In this document: positions 1 through 10,821 of the stretch, in pieces | Position numbering within the stretch: the stretch's first letter is position 1 | Layout of the letters: each line of letters begins with the position of its first letter | Assembly: GCA_015654705.1 (NCBI GenBank) | Contig: JAATGL010000190.1 | Coordinates: forward strand, 3,496 to 67,495 | Direction of reading: 5' to 3' | DNA from: Alphaproteobacteria bacterium | Lineage (GTDB): Bacteria; Pseudomonadota; Alphaproteobacteria; Micropepsales; Micropepsaceae | Length of the DNA: 64,000 bases | The notes under the pieces: generated by a model | What the model saw: the letters and a program-made list of their open reading frames with translations, nothing else | Database searches by the model: none | What the model was told of the DNA's origin: nothing | Position numbers and translations under genes: made by a program

Positions 1-1012
1 TCTCGTGATAGGGCGAGTTGGCATCGGTCTCGCGCGCGAAGGGATCGATCGGCAGGGGCGTATAGCCCGCTTGCGCGGCGCGCTGGAAGAAATTCCGCGG
101 CAGCGCCTGACCGTTCGCGAGGGTTTCCAGAACGCCCGTCACGACGGTCATGCAGCAGGTTTCCCGCTGCTTGTTGTAGTCGGCGATAACGCGCAACGTG
201 AAGTCGCCGGTCGGCTGATAAAGGAGTTGTCCGCGCACGCCGTAGTCGTGGAAATCATGGCTGCGGCTGCCGGTGGTGACATTGTCGAGGAAGCCGTTGC
301 GGCTGGTCTCCACCGCCGTCAGTCGGCCCAGCAACGTGCCGTCGTCGGTCAACGGGCCGGAGATGGTGCCCTCGGCGTTCTCGTAGCCGAAATCGCCGAC
401 GCTGGCCGATCCCCGCGCTTCCAGAGACGACGTCGGAAGCTCGGTCGTGATGTTGATCGCGCCCGACGTCGTGTTTTTTCCGTAAAGCGTGCCCTGCGGA
501 CCGCGCAGTTCCTCGATGGAGGCGATATCCGGAAGGTCGAAGGTGGCTTCGGCCGGACGCGGATAGAACACGCCGTCGACATAGACGCCGACGCCGCCCT
601 CGATACCGTCATTGGCAAGGCCGATATTGGTGCCTAGGCCGCGGATGCTGATATTCGTGTTGCGCGCATTGAAGGAGACGATCTGCAGGCTCGGAATGAG
701 CTCGGTCAGCTTCAGGGCATTGGCGATGCCGTTGGCCTGCAGCGTGCCGGAACTCAATGCGGTCAAGGAAATCGGCACATTCTGTTCGTTTTCGCTCTTG
801 CGGCGCGCCGTTACGATCACGGTCTCGACACCCTCCGCGCCGCCGGCACTCGCTGCATCGTTGGCCGCGACCGCCGTATCCGGGGGCGGGGACGCCTGCG
901 TCGCCGCCATCGCCGGTCCGGAAAGGACGGCGGTCACCGCCGTCGCAGCCAAAAGAAATCCCCGTTGCGCTCCGAACACATGTCCGGACCGCACCTTGAA
1001 CACGCCAACCAT
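1..1012 (-). CDS. TonB-dependent receptor, N-terminal part (runs off window start; absent from ORF track)
   Basis: Manual minus-strand translation from ATG at 1012: signal-like MVGVFKVRSGHVFGAQRGFLLAATAVTAVLSGPAMA, TonB box ETVIVTARR, plug motif IEELRGPQGTLYGKNTTSGAINIT; open to base 1. Confidence 0.92.
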   Translation of the reverse strand, partial: MVGVFKVRSGHVFGAQRGFLLAATAVTAVLSGPAMAATQASPPPDTAVAANDAASAGGAEGVETVIVTARRKSENEQNVPISLTALSSGTLQANGIANALKLTELIPSLQIVSFNARNTNISIRGLGTNIGLANDGIEGGVGVYVDGVFYPRPAEATFDLPDIASIEELRGPQGTLYGKNTTSGAINITTELPTSSLEARGSASVGDFGYENAEGTISGPLTDDGTLLGRLTAVETSRNGFLDNVTTGSRSHDFHDYGVRGQLLYQPTGDFTLRVIADYNKQRETCCMTVVTGVLETLANGQALPRNFFQRAAQAGYTPLPIDPFARETDANSPYHE

Positions 1013-1054
1013 TGAACGCCCCGCTCTAAAATCTCATCGTTGCAGAGTGATAAG

Positions 1055-1071
1055 TCTACTAAGTCGATAGA
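1055..1071. promoter_or_regulatory. Candidate operator, TCTA-N9-TAGA
   Basis: TCTACTAAGTCGATAGA about 42 bp upstream of the receptor ATG; similar 17-mers precede four sulfur-island genes. Confidence 0.55.
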
Positions 1072-1375
1072 GTCAATGACAAATCTGCCACGCCATGTGA
1101 CGGATGCGATGCAGGACGAACTCCTCGAGTTGCGCCGCGTGCGCCTTCAATCCATGCTGGATCGGTGAAGCATGAGCGCGGGGCGGAGCAGGTTTGGCCC
1201 GCCCTGCACTATCGGGGCTTATTTTGCGCAGCTAGGCCGTCGTCCGCGGCACCGATGTTCCGGCGCAACAATCAGCGGATAAATTGCTCGGGCTTGCCGC
1301 AGCAGCGATCGCGACAAATTTACGCTGCCACTCACCTGCCAATGATCTGAAGAAAAGCTGCAATCGGCCTGACGC

Positions 1376-2056
1376 TCAATAGGCCCCATCGCGCGTCAGC
1401 AGCGCGGGAATGGTGAGCAGGATAACCTTCAAATCCAGGAGGGGCGACCAGGTCAGGAAATATTCCACGTCGAGCGCGACCCGCGAAGCATAGGAAATGT
1501 CGTTGCGGCCGCTGATCTGCCAAAGGCCCGTCAACCCCGGCGCGCAGGCGAGATACACACCTTCCGCATTTCCGTAGCGGCTGAGTTCGTCATGCAGGAT
1601 CGGCCGGGGGCCGACAAGGCTCATCTCGCCGCGCAGCACGTTCAGGATTTGCGGCAGCTCATCCAGGCTGGTCTTGCGGAGAAAACGGCCGACTCGGGTG
1701 ACACGCGGATCGTTCTTCAATTTGCGCGTCTCGAGCCATTCCGCACGGGCGACGGCGTCTTCGCGCAATATCGTATGGAGATCGTCCTCGGCGCCGACGA
1801 CCATCGTACGAAATTTCAGGCAGGAAAACTCGGTGCCGAAGCGCCCTACCCGGCGCTGCCTGTAAATCGGATTGTTGCCGTCGCTCGCAACGACAAGGGC
1901 GATTATGCCGCCCAGCAGCAAAACCACCGGAAGGGCGATAATGGTTAAAACAACATCGAAAACCCGTTTTATCGGGAAAGCCCGAGCCAGATAGGATGAC
2001 GGCGCGTCAAGAAGCGCCGAGTTCTCCTCGCTTCGGATAGGCATATTCACATTCAT
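1376..2056 (-). CDS. Priming sugar-phosphate transferase (WcaJ/WbaP/ExoY-like catalytic domain)
   Basis: KRVFD-TM, KFRTM, DPRVTRVGRFLRKTSLDELPQILNVLRGEMSLVGPRP, PGLTGLWQISGRN. Start uncertain (2056 or 2119). Confidence 0.93.
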   Translation of the reverse strand: MNVNMPIRSEENSALLDAPSSYLARAFPIKRVFDVVLTIIALPVVLLLGGIIALVVASDGNNPIYRQRRVGRFGTEFSCLKFRTMVVGAEDDLHTILREDAVARAEWLETRKLKNDPRVTRVGRFLRKTSLDELPQILNVLRGEMSLVGPRPILHDELSRYGNAEGVYLACAPGLTGLWQISGRNDISYASRVALDVEYFLTWSPLLDLKVILLTIPALLTRDGAY

Positions 2057-2481
2057 ACCAAGTTCCCCAATCCACGCGATACTAACGTCCGACCGGTCCC
2101 CAAACCGTCTATAACGCATCCGGCTCGCTTAACTCGTTCTCCCAAGCGAAGTTTCCATCTCTATATATTTGATCGTATTTCGACACAATCGAGCGTGGAG
2201 CGCAGTCTGTGTAAACCGCGCCGCCCCCGCGCCCCAAGCGATAATTTCGCGTTAAATGTTCTAAATGTCGATTCTGGCCATCCGCAATGCGGAAATCTAT
2301 TAAACTTATCCGGGTGGAAGCCTGTCAACTTGGCCGCCCGTGCCAAAGGGACGCGGAATGGGCGGCATTTCACAGGCCGATTCGCGCTTCGAGCAGCTTG
2401 GGCGTTCATCGGAAACGAGCTTGAACCTGACTTCCCATCTTGCCATTCTCCCATACGCTGTTGTCCGGTCCAAGGGCGGGT

Positions 2482-3693
2482 ATGACCAAGTACACGCTTC
2501 TTCTGACGCTGGCCGGCCTTTTGTTCACCGTGACGAATCTCCTTCCAATAAGCGCGGCTCCGTCGGCGTTCTTCCTCCTTATCAGCGGCCTGGTGTTCTT
2601 CGCGCGGACGCCTCTGCCCGAGATCACGCTGTGGGCGCTTGCTTATTACGGGATATCCCTGATCAGCCTGCTTTTCTACGATCCTGCCGCATTGGGGATC
2701 TACGATTTTTATCGCTACGACGGCAACTTCATCCTGTCTTTTGCCCCGCTCCTGGTCCTCCCATTGATAAGAACGCGGTGGGATGCCTCGGCCATCCTGC
2801 CGGCATTCCTGCTCGCAGCGACGGCAATCAACGTCGCCACCGAAGCGATAAAAGCGGCCGCCTCGATGAACCTGGCCACCGGGCTGTTCGTGGCAACCAA
2901 CGCCTTCGGCGGTTTTTTGATGTTCACCAACGCGATTGCGTTCGTGTGGTGGCGCCAGAACAGGACTCTCACGGCGCTGGCCATCTTTCTCGCCAATCTC
3001 CTGCTGATGGCTGCATCGTATTCCCGCGGATCGATGCTGGGACTTGCCGCAGGCCTGCTGTGTTACTGGTTCATCGAGCGCCGCCAGGGCCATTTCGTCG
3101 CCCTGATGATCGGGGGCATCGTCGCGATCGAGATCGGCATTCTTTGCTACACCTATCCGATCTACCTGCAGACCCGAAACGTAATGACCGTCATCGCGCA
3201 ATATTCCGATTCGGAAAAAGGCGAAAATATCGCCTGGCGCGCTTTCGAAAACTGGCCGCGCGGACTTTATGCATTCTTTCATTCGCCGTTGCTTGGCGCG
3301 GGATTCGGCTCCGTTAACGACATGCCCCTGACGTTCGACAAGGATTTCGCTCTGTTTCAGTTCAACCGGGGACCGCATATTTACAGCTCCGCCCATGCGC
3401 ACAATACCTATATCCATATCCTGGGCGAGCAGGGCGTGCTGGGGCTGTTGATCTTTCTTGGCCTTTGGCGCGCCGTTTATCGTTTCATTCGCGATCATCA
3501 CGACCTGCCCCTTGTGCGCGCCGTTTTGATGATCAGCTTCTGGTCTCTTACGTTTGCGAGCTTTACAGAGCACCGTATTCCGACACCGTCGAACACCTTC
3601 CCATTTACGTTGACGCTGCTGCTGTATTTCGCCTATGTCGCCGCCAAGAAGGAAGCTGGTCTCACTGAACCCGCGGAATATGGAATCGCCTAG
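2482..3693 (+). CDS. O-antigen ligase / Wzy polymerase family membrane protein
   Basis: Many TM segments, SYSRGS motif, GAGFGS...HAHNTYIHILGEQGVLGL (Wzy_C signature). Confidence 0.85.
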   Translation: MTKYTLLLTLAGLLFTVTNLLPISAAPSAFFLLISGLVFFARTPLPEITLWALAYYGISLISLLFYDPAALGIYDFYRYDGNFILSFAPLLVLPLIRTRWDASAILPAFLLAATAINVATEAIKAAASMNLATGLFVATNAFGGFLMFTNAIAFVWWRQNRTLTALAIFLANLLLMAASYSRGSMLGLAAGLLCYWFIERRQGHFVALMIGGIVAIEIGILCYTYPIYLQTRNVMTVIAQYSDSEKGENIAWRAFENWPRGLYAFFHSPLLGAGFGSVNDMPLTFDKDFALFQFNRGPHIYSSAHAHNTYIHILGEQGVLGLLIFLGLWRAVYRFIRDHHDLPLVRAVLMISFWSLTFASFTEHRIPTPSNTFPFTLTLLLYFAYVAAKKEAGLTEPAEYGIA

Positions 3694-3810
3694 ACGGTTC
3701 GGCGCGGCGAAGCATTCCGCGTCGCGCGACGGCGATCGCCGCGGGCTCGACATACGGAATTGTATCCGCCTGATGCCCTTTCAAAATCCGAACGTCCGGG
3801 GATTTGCCGC

Positions 3811-5019
3811 GTGACCAGAGCCGTAAAGGTCATCATGCTTTCCGAATATCCCTACACGGAAAGCGAACAAGGCCTCGGCGGCATCATGCAGGCGACATTC
3901 CAGCTGATCGAGGGTTTCAAGGCCCTGGCCGATCCGGGGCTGGAATTGCACGTCGTGACCATGACGACTGCCTGCCGGACGCCGGACGTGCGCAGCCATG
4001 GCAATATTCACTGCCATTTTGTGCCGAAGGGCCGTTCGGAATGGGCCGTCGTATTTGGCAATCCGCTTCGGCTGGCGCGCTATTTCCTTCGGCTCAACGG
4101 GCGTCTTCAGCCAGACCTTCATCACGGCCAGGGATCGGTCAGTTTTCTGCTCCTGAGCCTTCGCAATCCGCGGCGCAGCGTGCAGACCATTCACGGGGTC
4201 TATCGCAACGAACAGGCCGCCATCGCGCCGGGCAGGCGGTCGCCGGGCCAGTCCGTTCGTTTCCAGCTCAAGGAAATGTTGGAATCTTTTTATCTGCGGC
4301 GCATTCGCAACTTGATCGCCATCACAATGGAAATTCAAAGATTGGTACGCAAAGAAGGGAACCCCGACGTTCGGATTTTTCCCATAAACAATGCGATCGA
4401 CGAGGGGTTTTTCGCTTCAGTGCAGCGCCGCGAATCCGAACGGCGCGACGGCGGAAAACTCGATATCCTGTTTGTGGCCGCGATTACGCCGCGCAAGGGG
4501 TTGCATGTCCTGATCGATGCCTTTGAACAACTGGCGGCAGTTCATCCTGCTCTCAGGCTCCTCATTGTGGGAACCTGGGAATGGGCGCCGGACTATGTCG
4601 CCGAGCAACGCGCCCGTTGTGCCGATCTTGTGGCGAACGGACGCATCGTCTTCACCGGGCCTGTCGATCGGAAAAGCCTCGTGGATGCGTTCCGCGCGGC
4701 CGACATTTTCGTTTTGCCGTCGTTTTCCGAAAGTGCACCGATGGTCATTTCCCAGGCGATGTGCGCCGGCTTGCCCATCGTCGCGAGTGCCGTCGGCGGC
4801 ATTCCGGAAATGATCGAAGACGGCGCGACCGGCGTGCTGGTACCGCCAGGCGAAACGGCCCCGCTGGCGGAGGCGTTGAAAGGTCTGATCGCGGATTCAT
4901 CCTTACGGCAGAAGCTCGGCGACAACGCGCGGAAAGTCGGGCTCGATCGCTATCATCCCCTTGCCGTTGCGCGTCAGACGCTGGATGTCTACCGTGCCGT
5001 CGCGGGGGTTCATCCTTAG
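3811..5019 (+). CDS. Glycosyltransferase family 4
   Basis: RKGLHVLIDAF, ADIFVLPSFSESAPMVISQAMCAGLPIVASAVGGIPEMI. Start 3760-3835 uncertain. Confidence 0.92.
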   Translation: MTRAVKVIMLSEYPYTESEQGLGGIMQATFQLIEGFKALADPGLELHVVTMTTACRTPDVRSHGNIHCHFVPKGRSEWAVVFGNPLRLARYFLRLNGRLQPDLHHGQGSVSFLLLSLRNPRRSVQTIHGVYRNEQAAIAPGRRSPGQSVRFQLKEMLESFYLRRIRNLIAITMEIQRLVRKEGNPDVRIFPINNAIDEGFFASVQRRESERRDGGKLDILFVAAITPRKGLHVLIDAFEQLAAVHPALRLLIVGTWEWAPDYVAEQRARCADLVANGRIVFTGPVDRKSLVDAFRAADIFVLPSFSESAPMVISQAMCAGLPIVASAVGGIPEMIEDGATGVLVPPGETAPLAEALKGLIADSSLRQKLGDNARKVGLDRYHPLAVARQTLDVYRAVAGVHP

Positions 5020-5035
5020 ATTGCATAGGCATAAC

Positions 5036-5980
5036 GTGAAGGCTCTGGTTACCGGCGGATGCGGCTTTATCGGCTCCCATCTTGTCGACGTTCTCATGGC
5101 TGCCGGCGACGACGTCGTGATCGTGGATGATCTGTCGCGCGGCCGGTATATGTGGCCGGATCGTTCGGGCTCGCCGATACATGTCGCGGCCTCGGTGATC
5201 GACCATTCGGCGATGATCGAGACATTCGCGAATCATCGCCCCGACGCCGTGTATCATCTCGCGGCACACCATTATGTGCCGTTTTGCGAGCAGAACCCGC
5301 ACGCGGCGTTTACCACGAATGTGACCGGCACGCTCAACGTGATTGACGCCGCGGTTCGGGCCGGGTCGGTGCGGAAATTCTTCTTCGCTTCCACCGGTGA
5401 CGTCTATGCACCGTGCGGCTATGCGCATCGCGAGGCGGACCCGCCCGCGCCGGTCTATATTTATGGCGAAACCAAATTGATATGCGAGGCGATCCTGCGC
5501 CGTTACAAGAGTTCGGCGCGGATCCCGACCGACATCGTCATCGGGCGCCTTTTTAATGCCGCCGGTCCGCGCGAAACCAATCCGCATCTTCTTCCGGAAA
5601 TCGTGCGGCAATTGGAATCCGGCGCGGACACGATCGAAGTCGGCAATCTTTGGCCGGTCAGGGATTTTGTCGATGTGCGTTCGATGGCGCGCGTGATCCG
5701 CGACCTGACGCACAAATCCACCGGGCTGGACGTCTTTAACATCGGCTCCGGCCAAGCCGTGACGGTCCAGGCGGCTCTCGAACTTCTGCTGAAGGCCCAT
5801 GACGGCGAAGCGAAGATCGTTTCGGTGGAGGCCCGCAAACGGCCCAATGACCGCCCCTATCTTTGCGCCGCTGTCGACAAAGTCAGGGGATTCCTCGGCT
5901 ACGCCGCCGAGCCCTTTGGCCCGGAAACGGCGCGCGCGATCTGGGAAGAGCCGATGCCGACCCGCTTGCTGTATCGCTAG
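5036..5980 (+). CDS. NAD-dependent nucleotide-sugar epimerase/dehydratase (GalE-like)
   Basis: TGGCGFIGSHL Rossmann motif, YGETK (YxxxK), RLFNAAGP, RDFVDV; GTG start. Confidence 0.9.
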   Translation: MKALVTGGCGFIGSHLVDVLMAAGDDVVIVDDLSRGRYMWPDRSGSPIHVAASVIDHSAMIETFANHRPDAVYHLAAHHYVPFCEQNPHAAFTTNVTGTLNVIDAAVRAGSVRKFFFASTGDVYAPCGYAHREADPPAPVYIYGETKLICEAILRRYKSSARIPTDIVIGRLFNAAGPRETNPHLLPEIVRQLESGADTIEVGNLWPVRDFVDVRSMARVIRDLTHKSTGLDVFNIGSGQAVTVQAALELLLKAHDGEAKIVSVEARKRPNDRPYLCAAVDKVRGFLGYAAEPFGPETARAIWEEPMPTRLLYR

Positions 5981-5989
5981 GACGGCCGG

Positions 5990-7327
5990 GTGGCGTATTT
6001 CGGCCGTACCTTTCTCTCCAAGAACGAGTTTGCGGCGCTCCTCTACCGCGTGGCGCAGGCCGTGGCGTTGCTGATCTGCTTTCGCATCATCATGATCGAC
6101 TACGGGGCGAATTCCTATGGCTTGGTCAGCCTGCTTCTTTCGGGCGCATCCTATCTGACCTTCCTCGATTTCGGCGTCGTCAGCCATATGCGTTCGGAGC
6201 TGCCGGGGGCCTATTATCTGCATGGTGCGCGACGCGCGAATGCCATCGCTCTCCAGGGGCTCAAGGCGCTCTTCTTCTACACGTTGAGTCTTTATGCGGT
6301 AATTTTTGTCGTGCTGACCGTCTTCGGGCAGGCGATGCGGCTGGTCCGCGGTCCGCTCGCGCGCGCACCCGATCTGTCCGCGCCCACGCTGCAGGCGATC
6401 TGCATAACCGTCGGCGCCTATTCCGTATTGGTCGTTCTCAGCAACCTGACCCAGGCGATCCTTTCGGCGCGCGGGATGCAGTACAGGCTGTTTTTCCTGC
6501 TGACGGCGGGATGCGCCCTGCAGATCGCGGCGGTGGCCACAGGCGCGTATCTGCAATTGTCCCTTTCAACTCTTTTTGCGGTCCTGGTGATCTCCGGCAT
6601 GGCGGTCGCATTGCCCATGATCGCCGGACAAATCCGCGAGATTATCCGCAATCACGACCCACAGCCGGGATTTCGGGCGCTGAACAGGACCTCCTCCGCA
6701 TTCTTCATAATCCAGCTTCAAAGCCTGACCCTCAACCCGGGCGACACGCTGCTGGCGGCACATTTCTTTTCCCTGCGCGACGTGGCCATCTACGCCACCA
6801 TGAAGCTGGTGATCCAACTGCCGTTCTCGTTGCATGCCAATTACATCGCACAGGCCTGGCCGCTCTACAGTGCGAAGAGAGCCGCCGCCGATTGGGACGG
6901 CGTGCGCGCGATCTTTCGGGACCGGCTGTCCAAGACGCTGATCGTAATCAGTCCGATCTGCGTCGGCATCGTTCTCTTCGCCCCTCCGCTGATCAGCCTC
7001 TGGAGCAAGGGCAGTCTGCAGGTTCCGATCGGCGTGGCCGCCGCGCTGGCCGCGCTGCTGTTCGTTTATACCCTGAACGCCTGTTTCGGGACGCTGATAT
7101 TCGCGTTTCAATATATCGCCGCCGTGGCGTGGTCCGCCCCTCTGCTGGTGGTCGTCTATTACGCGGTTGCCAGCGCGCTGTCCGCGCATCTCGGAATCTC
7201 GGCGATCGCGATCGCGAGCATCGTCGCGCAAGGCTTCACTTTGAGCATCGGCGTATATTTCTATCTGTTCGTGCTTGGCCGGACGCCGCGCAGCGATCGC
7301 CATCGCGAAGCGGAAGATATTCAATGA
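5990..7327 (+). CDS. Wzx-like polysaccharide flippase
   Basis: 445 aa polytopic membrane protein with YGANSYGL...FLDFG N-terminal pattern; inside glycan locus. Confidence 0.75.
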   Translation: MAYFGRTFLSKNEFAALLYRVAQAVALLICFRIIMIDYGANSYGLVSLLLSGASYLTFLDFGVVSHMRSELPGAYYLHGARRANAIALQGLKALFFYTLSLYAVIFVVLTVFGQAMRLVRGPLARAPDLSAPTLQAICITVGAYSVLVVLSNLTQAILSARGMQYRLFFLLTAGCALQIAAVATGAYLQLSLSTLFAVLVISGMAVALPMIAGQIREIIRNHDPQPGFRALNRTSSAFFIIQLQSLTLNPGDTLLAAHFFSLRDVAIYATMKLVIQLPFSLHANYIAQAWPLYSAKRAAADWDGVRAIFRDRLSKTLIVISPICVGIVLFAPPLISLWSKGSLQVPIGVAAALAALLFVYTLNACFGTLIFAFQYIAAVAWSAPLLVVVYYAVASALSAHLGISAIAIASIVAQGFTLSIGVYFYLFVLGRTPRSDRHREAEDIQ

Positions 7328-8472
7328 CGGAAATGCCGAAGCGAAATACCCATTTTTTTGTGCTGGACGGATGGCGCGGGATTTGCGCGCTGTTCGTCGC
7401 GCTCAGCCATTTGCGGGTTCTATCGCATGTCTACGGCACGGGGTTCGTGCACAACAGCTATCTGTTCGTGGATTTCTTCTTCGTGCTCAGCGGCTTCGTG
7501 CTCACTCACACCTATGGAAGAACGCTGGTGACACCGGCGGACGTGCGGAATTTCGTCATTCGGCGCTTCGGCAGGCTCTGGCCGCTGCACGCCGCGATTT
7601 TCCTGGTGTTCGTCGTCCTGGAGTTCGGCAAGCTCGCCGTCGCCTCGCGCGTGGGACGCCTGGGAAGCCACGCACCGTTCGGCGGCGCCGCGTCACCCTA
7701 CACCATGGTCACCAACATCCTGCTGATGAATTCCTGGGGCTTCGATCCGGACACGACATGGAACGGGCCCAGCTGGAGCATCGGTGCGGAGTTCTACACC
7801 TATCTCGTCTTCGCCGGCGTTCTGATCTTCGCCGGAAAGCGCGCCTGGCTGCTGGCCGCAGCGATATCCGCGACCGGCGCCGCGATCATCGCGACCTTCT
7901 CGCCGCACTATATGGGCGCGAGCTATGATTACGGGTTCTTTCGCTGTCTGTACGGCTTTTTCATGGGGCTGGTTCTATACGAAATCTATCGGCGACGCGA
8001 AGCGGCCGATGGCGCCCGGCGCGGCGCCTCCATGCGGGAGGCCGCGATCCTGCTCGGCGTGGCGATCTTCGTCGGCTTCGCAAATGAGGGAGCCTTGACC
8101 CTGCTGGCGCCTTTCCTCTTTGCCGGCGCGGTTTATATCTTCGCCTTCGAGCGCGGCATTTTTTCCCGGACGCTGTCCCTGCCGGTCTTTCGCTATATGG
8201 GCGAGCGCTCCTATTCGATCTATATGGTTCACTTCGCCATTTCGCTCGCACTGCTCGGCGCCGGCACCGTGGCCGGAAAGATCCTGCGGCTGGACATGAT
8301 GACCAACATCCCCGCTCCCGGCCGCCCCATCGCGGCGCTTTCGTTCGGCGGACCCTACGCGATGGATGCCGTCACGGTCGTCTATCTGTTTGCCGTCCTG
8401 GGGACCGCGTCCTTGACCTACCGTTTCATTGAGGTGCCGGCGCGGCGCTACTTCAACGCGCTGGCGAAGTAA
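7324..8472 (+). CDS. Acyltransferase-3 family O-acyltransferase
   Basis: LDGWRGICAL, VDFFFVLSGFV, RRFGRLWPLH, WSIGAEFY, GERSYSIYMVH, YRFIEVP; ATGA overlap with flippase stop. Confidence 0.93.
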   Translation: MTEMPKRNTHFFVLDGWRGICALFVALSHLRVLSHVYGTGFVHNSYLFVDFFFVLSGFVLTHTYGRTLVTPADVRNFVIRRFGRLWPLHAAIFLVFVVLEFGKLAVASRVGRLGSHAPFGGAASPYTMVTNILLMNSWGFDPDTTWNGPSWSIGAEFYTYLVFAGVLIFAGKRAWLLAAAISATGAAIIATFSPHYMGASYDYGFFRCLYGFFMGLVLYEIYRRREAADGARRGASMREAAILLGVAIFVGFANEGALTLLAPFLFAGAVYIFAFERGIFSRTLSLPVFRYMGERSYSIYMVHFAISLALLGAGTVAGKILRLDMMTNIPAPGRPIAALSFGGPYAMDAVTVVYLFAVLGTASLTYRFIEVPARRYFNALAK

Positions 8473-9625
8473 GGCCGCACGCCGATGCGGTCCGGTCTGC
8501 CTGTTTGGCCCGATAGGCTTCGTCCACGAACATGCGGATGGCGTCGTTGAACCGCTGCGTCGAGAATTGCAGTGCCCAGGCGCGGCAATTCTCCGGCCGG
8601 ATGGCGTGGCCTTCGCGTTCGAACCGCTCGACCGCCGCGACGATATCATCCGGATGCTGACGATCGAACAGTACGCCCGTCGGCGACGGCAGGGACAGGT
8701 CCCGGACGGTTTCGCGCGCCGCACCGCCGGCGAAAGCAATCACCGGCGTGGCACAGGCGCTCGCCTCCGGCACCACGATTCCGAAATCCTCGGCGGCGGC
8801 AAAAACGAAGGCCCGGGCACGCTGCATATGGTCGACAACGGCCGCCCGCGGCTGGCTTCCGAGGAGTTCTATGTTCGAGGCATCGCCGATCGCCGCCTGG
8901 ATCGCGCGCCGCTGCGGTCCGTCACCGACGACCACGAGACGCCGCTGCGGCATCTTGCGGAACGCCTCCACGATCAGGCTGACGCGCTTGTAGGGGACCA
9001 GACGCGAAACCGTCAGATAGAAATCCTCCTTTTCGCCGCGGGGTACGAACGTCTCGGTATCGACGGGCGGATAGATGACGTCGGCTTCGCGGCGATAGCA
9101 CCGCCAGATGCGCCGCCGGACGAAGTTCGAATTCGCGATGAAACGATCGACCCCGATGCTTGAGATTCGGTCCCAATTTCTCAGCCGGTGCAGGATATAA
9201 CGCGCGATCCAGGCGCCGGGGCCGCGGGATATGCCGCGCTCCTGCAGATAGGTGTCCTGGAGGTCCCAGGCATAGCGGATGGGAGAATGGCAATAGCAGA
9301 TGTGAACCTGCTCCGGGCCCGTCAGCACACCCTTGGCGATGGCGTGCGAACTGGACAGGACGACGTCGTAATCCTGTACGGGAAGCTGCTCGATCGCCAG
9401 CGGGAACAGCGGAAGATAAAGGCGGAACCGCTGCCGCGCGAACGGCAGGGTCTGGATCATGCTGGTGACGGGCCGGCGTCCGCGCAGGACGCCGCGCTTG
9501 TCCTCCGGCAGGAAATCCACCAGGGAAAAAAGGTCGGCGTCCGGAAAGACGTTAAGCAATTGTTCCAAGACCAGCTCGGAACCGCCGATGGTCTCAAGCC
9601 AATCGTGAACGATAGCAATCCGCAT
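8453..9625 (-). CDS. Glycosyltransferase family 4 (WbaZ-like)
   Basis: RIAIVHDWL..GGSE, YCHSPIRYAWD, SRLVPYKR, EDFGIVVPEA; 3' end overlaps convergent acyltransferase by 20 bp. Confidence 0.92.
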   Translation of the reverse strand: MRIAIVHDWLETIGGSELVLEQLLNVFPDADLFSLVDFLPEDKRGVLRGRRPVTSMIQTLPFARQRFRLYLPLFPLAIEQLPVQDYDVVLSSSHAIAKGVLTGPEQVHICYCHSPIRYAWDLQDTYLQERGISRGPGAWIARYILHRLRNWDRISSIGVDRFIANSNFVRRRIWRCYRREADVIYPPVDTETFVPRGEKEDFYLTVSRLVPYKRVSLIVEAFRKMPQRRLVVVGDGPQRRAIQAAIGDASNIELLGSQPRAAVVDHMQRARAFVFAAAEDFGIVVPEASACATPVIAFAGGAARETVRDLSLPSPTGVLFDRQHPDDIVAAVERFEREGHAIRPENCRAWALQFSTQRFNDAIRMFVDEAYRAKQADRTASACGLTSPAR

Positions 9626-9787
9626 CAATGATGTTTCACGGTCCGGCGGCTGCTTCAGCCCAACTGGCCACGGCCCTCAAATCGCAAGATGCTATCACCC
9701 GACAATTGACTTTCGCCCGCTTCGGTAAACATTCTATTTGGTCACCGCGGCGCGTTCAAGCACGCCTATCGCACGGGTTTCGTACAT

Positions 9788-10798
9788 ATGTCAGGACGCG
9801 AGATGCCAGCCTCCCCGCCGCCGCGCGACGAATTGCTGGCGGCGCTCAATCGCGCGGCTTTCGTTCTTGGCCGGCGGTGGCGGGTTCTGATCATGGGAGC
9901 CGGTCTCGGCGCCTTGGGCGGGTTCGCTTATCTTCTGATTGCGCCGCCCTATTACGAAGCGACCAGTGCCCTGGTCGCGACTGAAGCCTTTCCGCACAGC
10001 ACCGGACAAGGCGGGTCTCTGGACAGCCTGGCGAGCTTGGCTGGCGTCACCACCTCAACGAAGCCGCTCGACCCGTTCCAGAAATTCCAGAACGTCCTGA
10101 CATCGGTGCGATTGGGCGATCAGCTCCTGCGGGACGACAGGGCGAAGTCCATCCTGTTTCCGCATCGTTGGAACGCGACCACGAAAAGCTGGGGCCCGCC
10201 GGAAGGGCCCGTGGCGTGGATTGCGGGCGGGTTCAACGCGGCGCTCGGACGCCCGGCATGGACGGCGCCGGACGGCGCCGTGGCGGCCGAGACTCTACAA
10301 CGCAAGCTTACGGTCGCGCCCAGCGCCAAGGGCGGCGTCGTCCAGGTCAGCTATCGCAGCCGGAATCCGGCGGACGCGCTTTACATGCTGAGCATGGTGG
10401 AGAACACGGCAGACAGGCTCATCCGGCAGGACTATCTGAAGGTTGCGGAAGGCTATGCCAACTACATCAACCGGCAGGCGCCCGACGTCACCAACTTCGC
10501 GCCGCGCAGCACGCTGATGTCGATCATGGCAGATTACCAGCAGGTCATGATCATGGCGCGCGCGAATCTGCCCTTTGCGGCCTCGCCTCTCGATCCCCCG
10601 AGCGTGCCGGTAAGCCCGAGCGGTCCCTCCGCTATAATTGCCTTGCTTGCAGGTGCGCTCGTCGGATTGCTGTTGGGAATGGCGTCCGCATTCCTTCCAG
10701 AGACCTGGACGCGCAGGCTGCGGGTCGCGCGCCGCGCGACGCTGCACCGTCCCGTGAATTTGGGGATCGGCGGCCCTGGCCGGAAGAAAACCGCATAG
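9788..10798 (+). CDS. Wzz-like polysaccharide co-polymerase, no kinase domain
   Basis: Two TM helices flanking a soluble region, PPYYEATSAL, SLASLAG, Pro-rich motif before a Gly-rich TM2. Confidence 0.8.
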   Translation: MSGREMPASPPPRDELLAALNRAAFVLGRRWRVLIMGAGLGALGGFAYLLIAPPYYEATSALVATEAFPHSTGQGGSLDSLASLAGVTTSTKPLDPFQKFQNVLTSVRLGDQLLRDDRAKSILFPHRWNATTKSWGPPEGPVAWIAGGFNAALGRPAWTAPDGAVAAETLQRKLTVAPSAKGGVVQVSYRSRNPADALYMLSMVENTADRLIRQDYLKVAEGYANYINRQAPDVTNFAPRSTLMSIMADYQQVMIMARANLPFAASPLDPPSVPVSPSGPSAIIALLAGALVGLLLGMASAFLPETWTRRLRVARRATLHRPVNLGIGGPGRKKTA

Positions 10799-10821
10799 CG
10801 CGTGTTCGCGGCAGCAGACGC

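Noticed and set aside
5863-7323. 869-aa ORF 5863..8472
   Set aside because: N-terminal part is a shadow of the flippase; acyltransferase begins at 7324.
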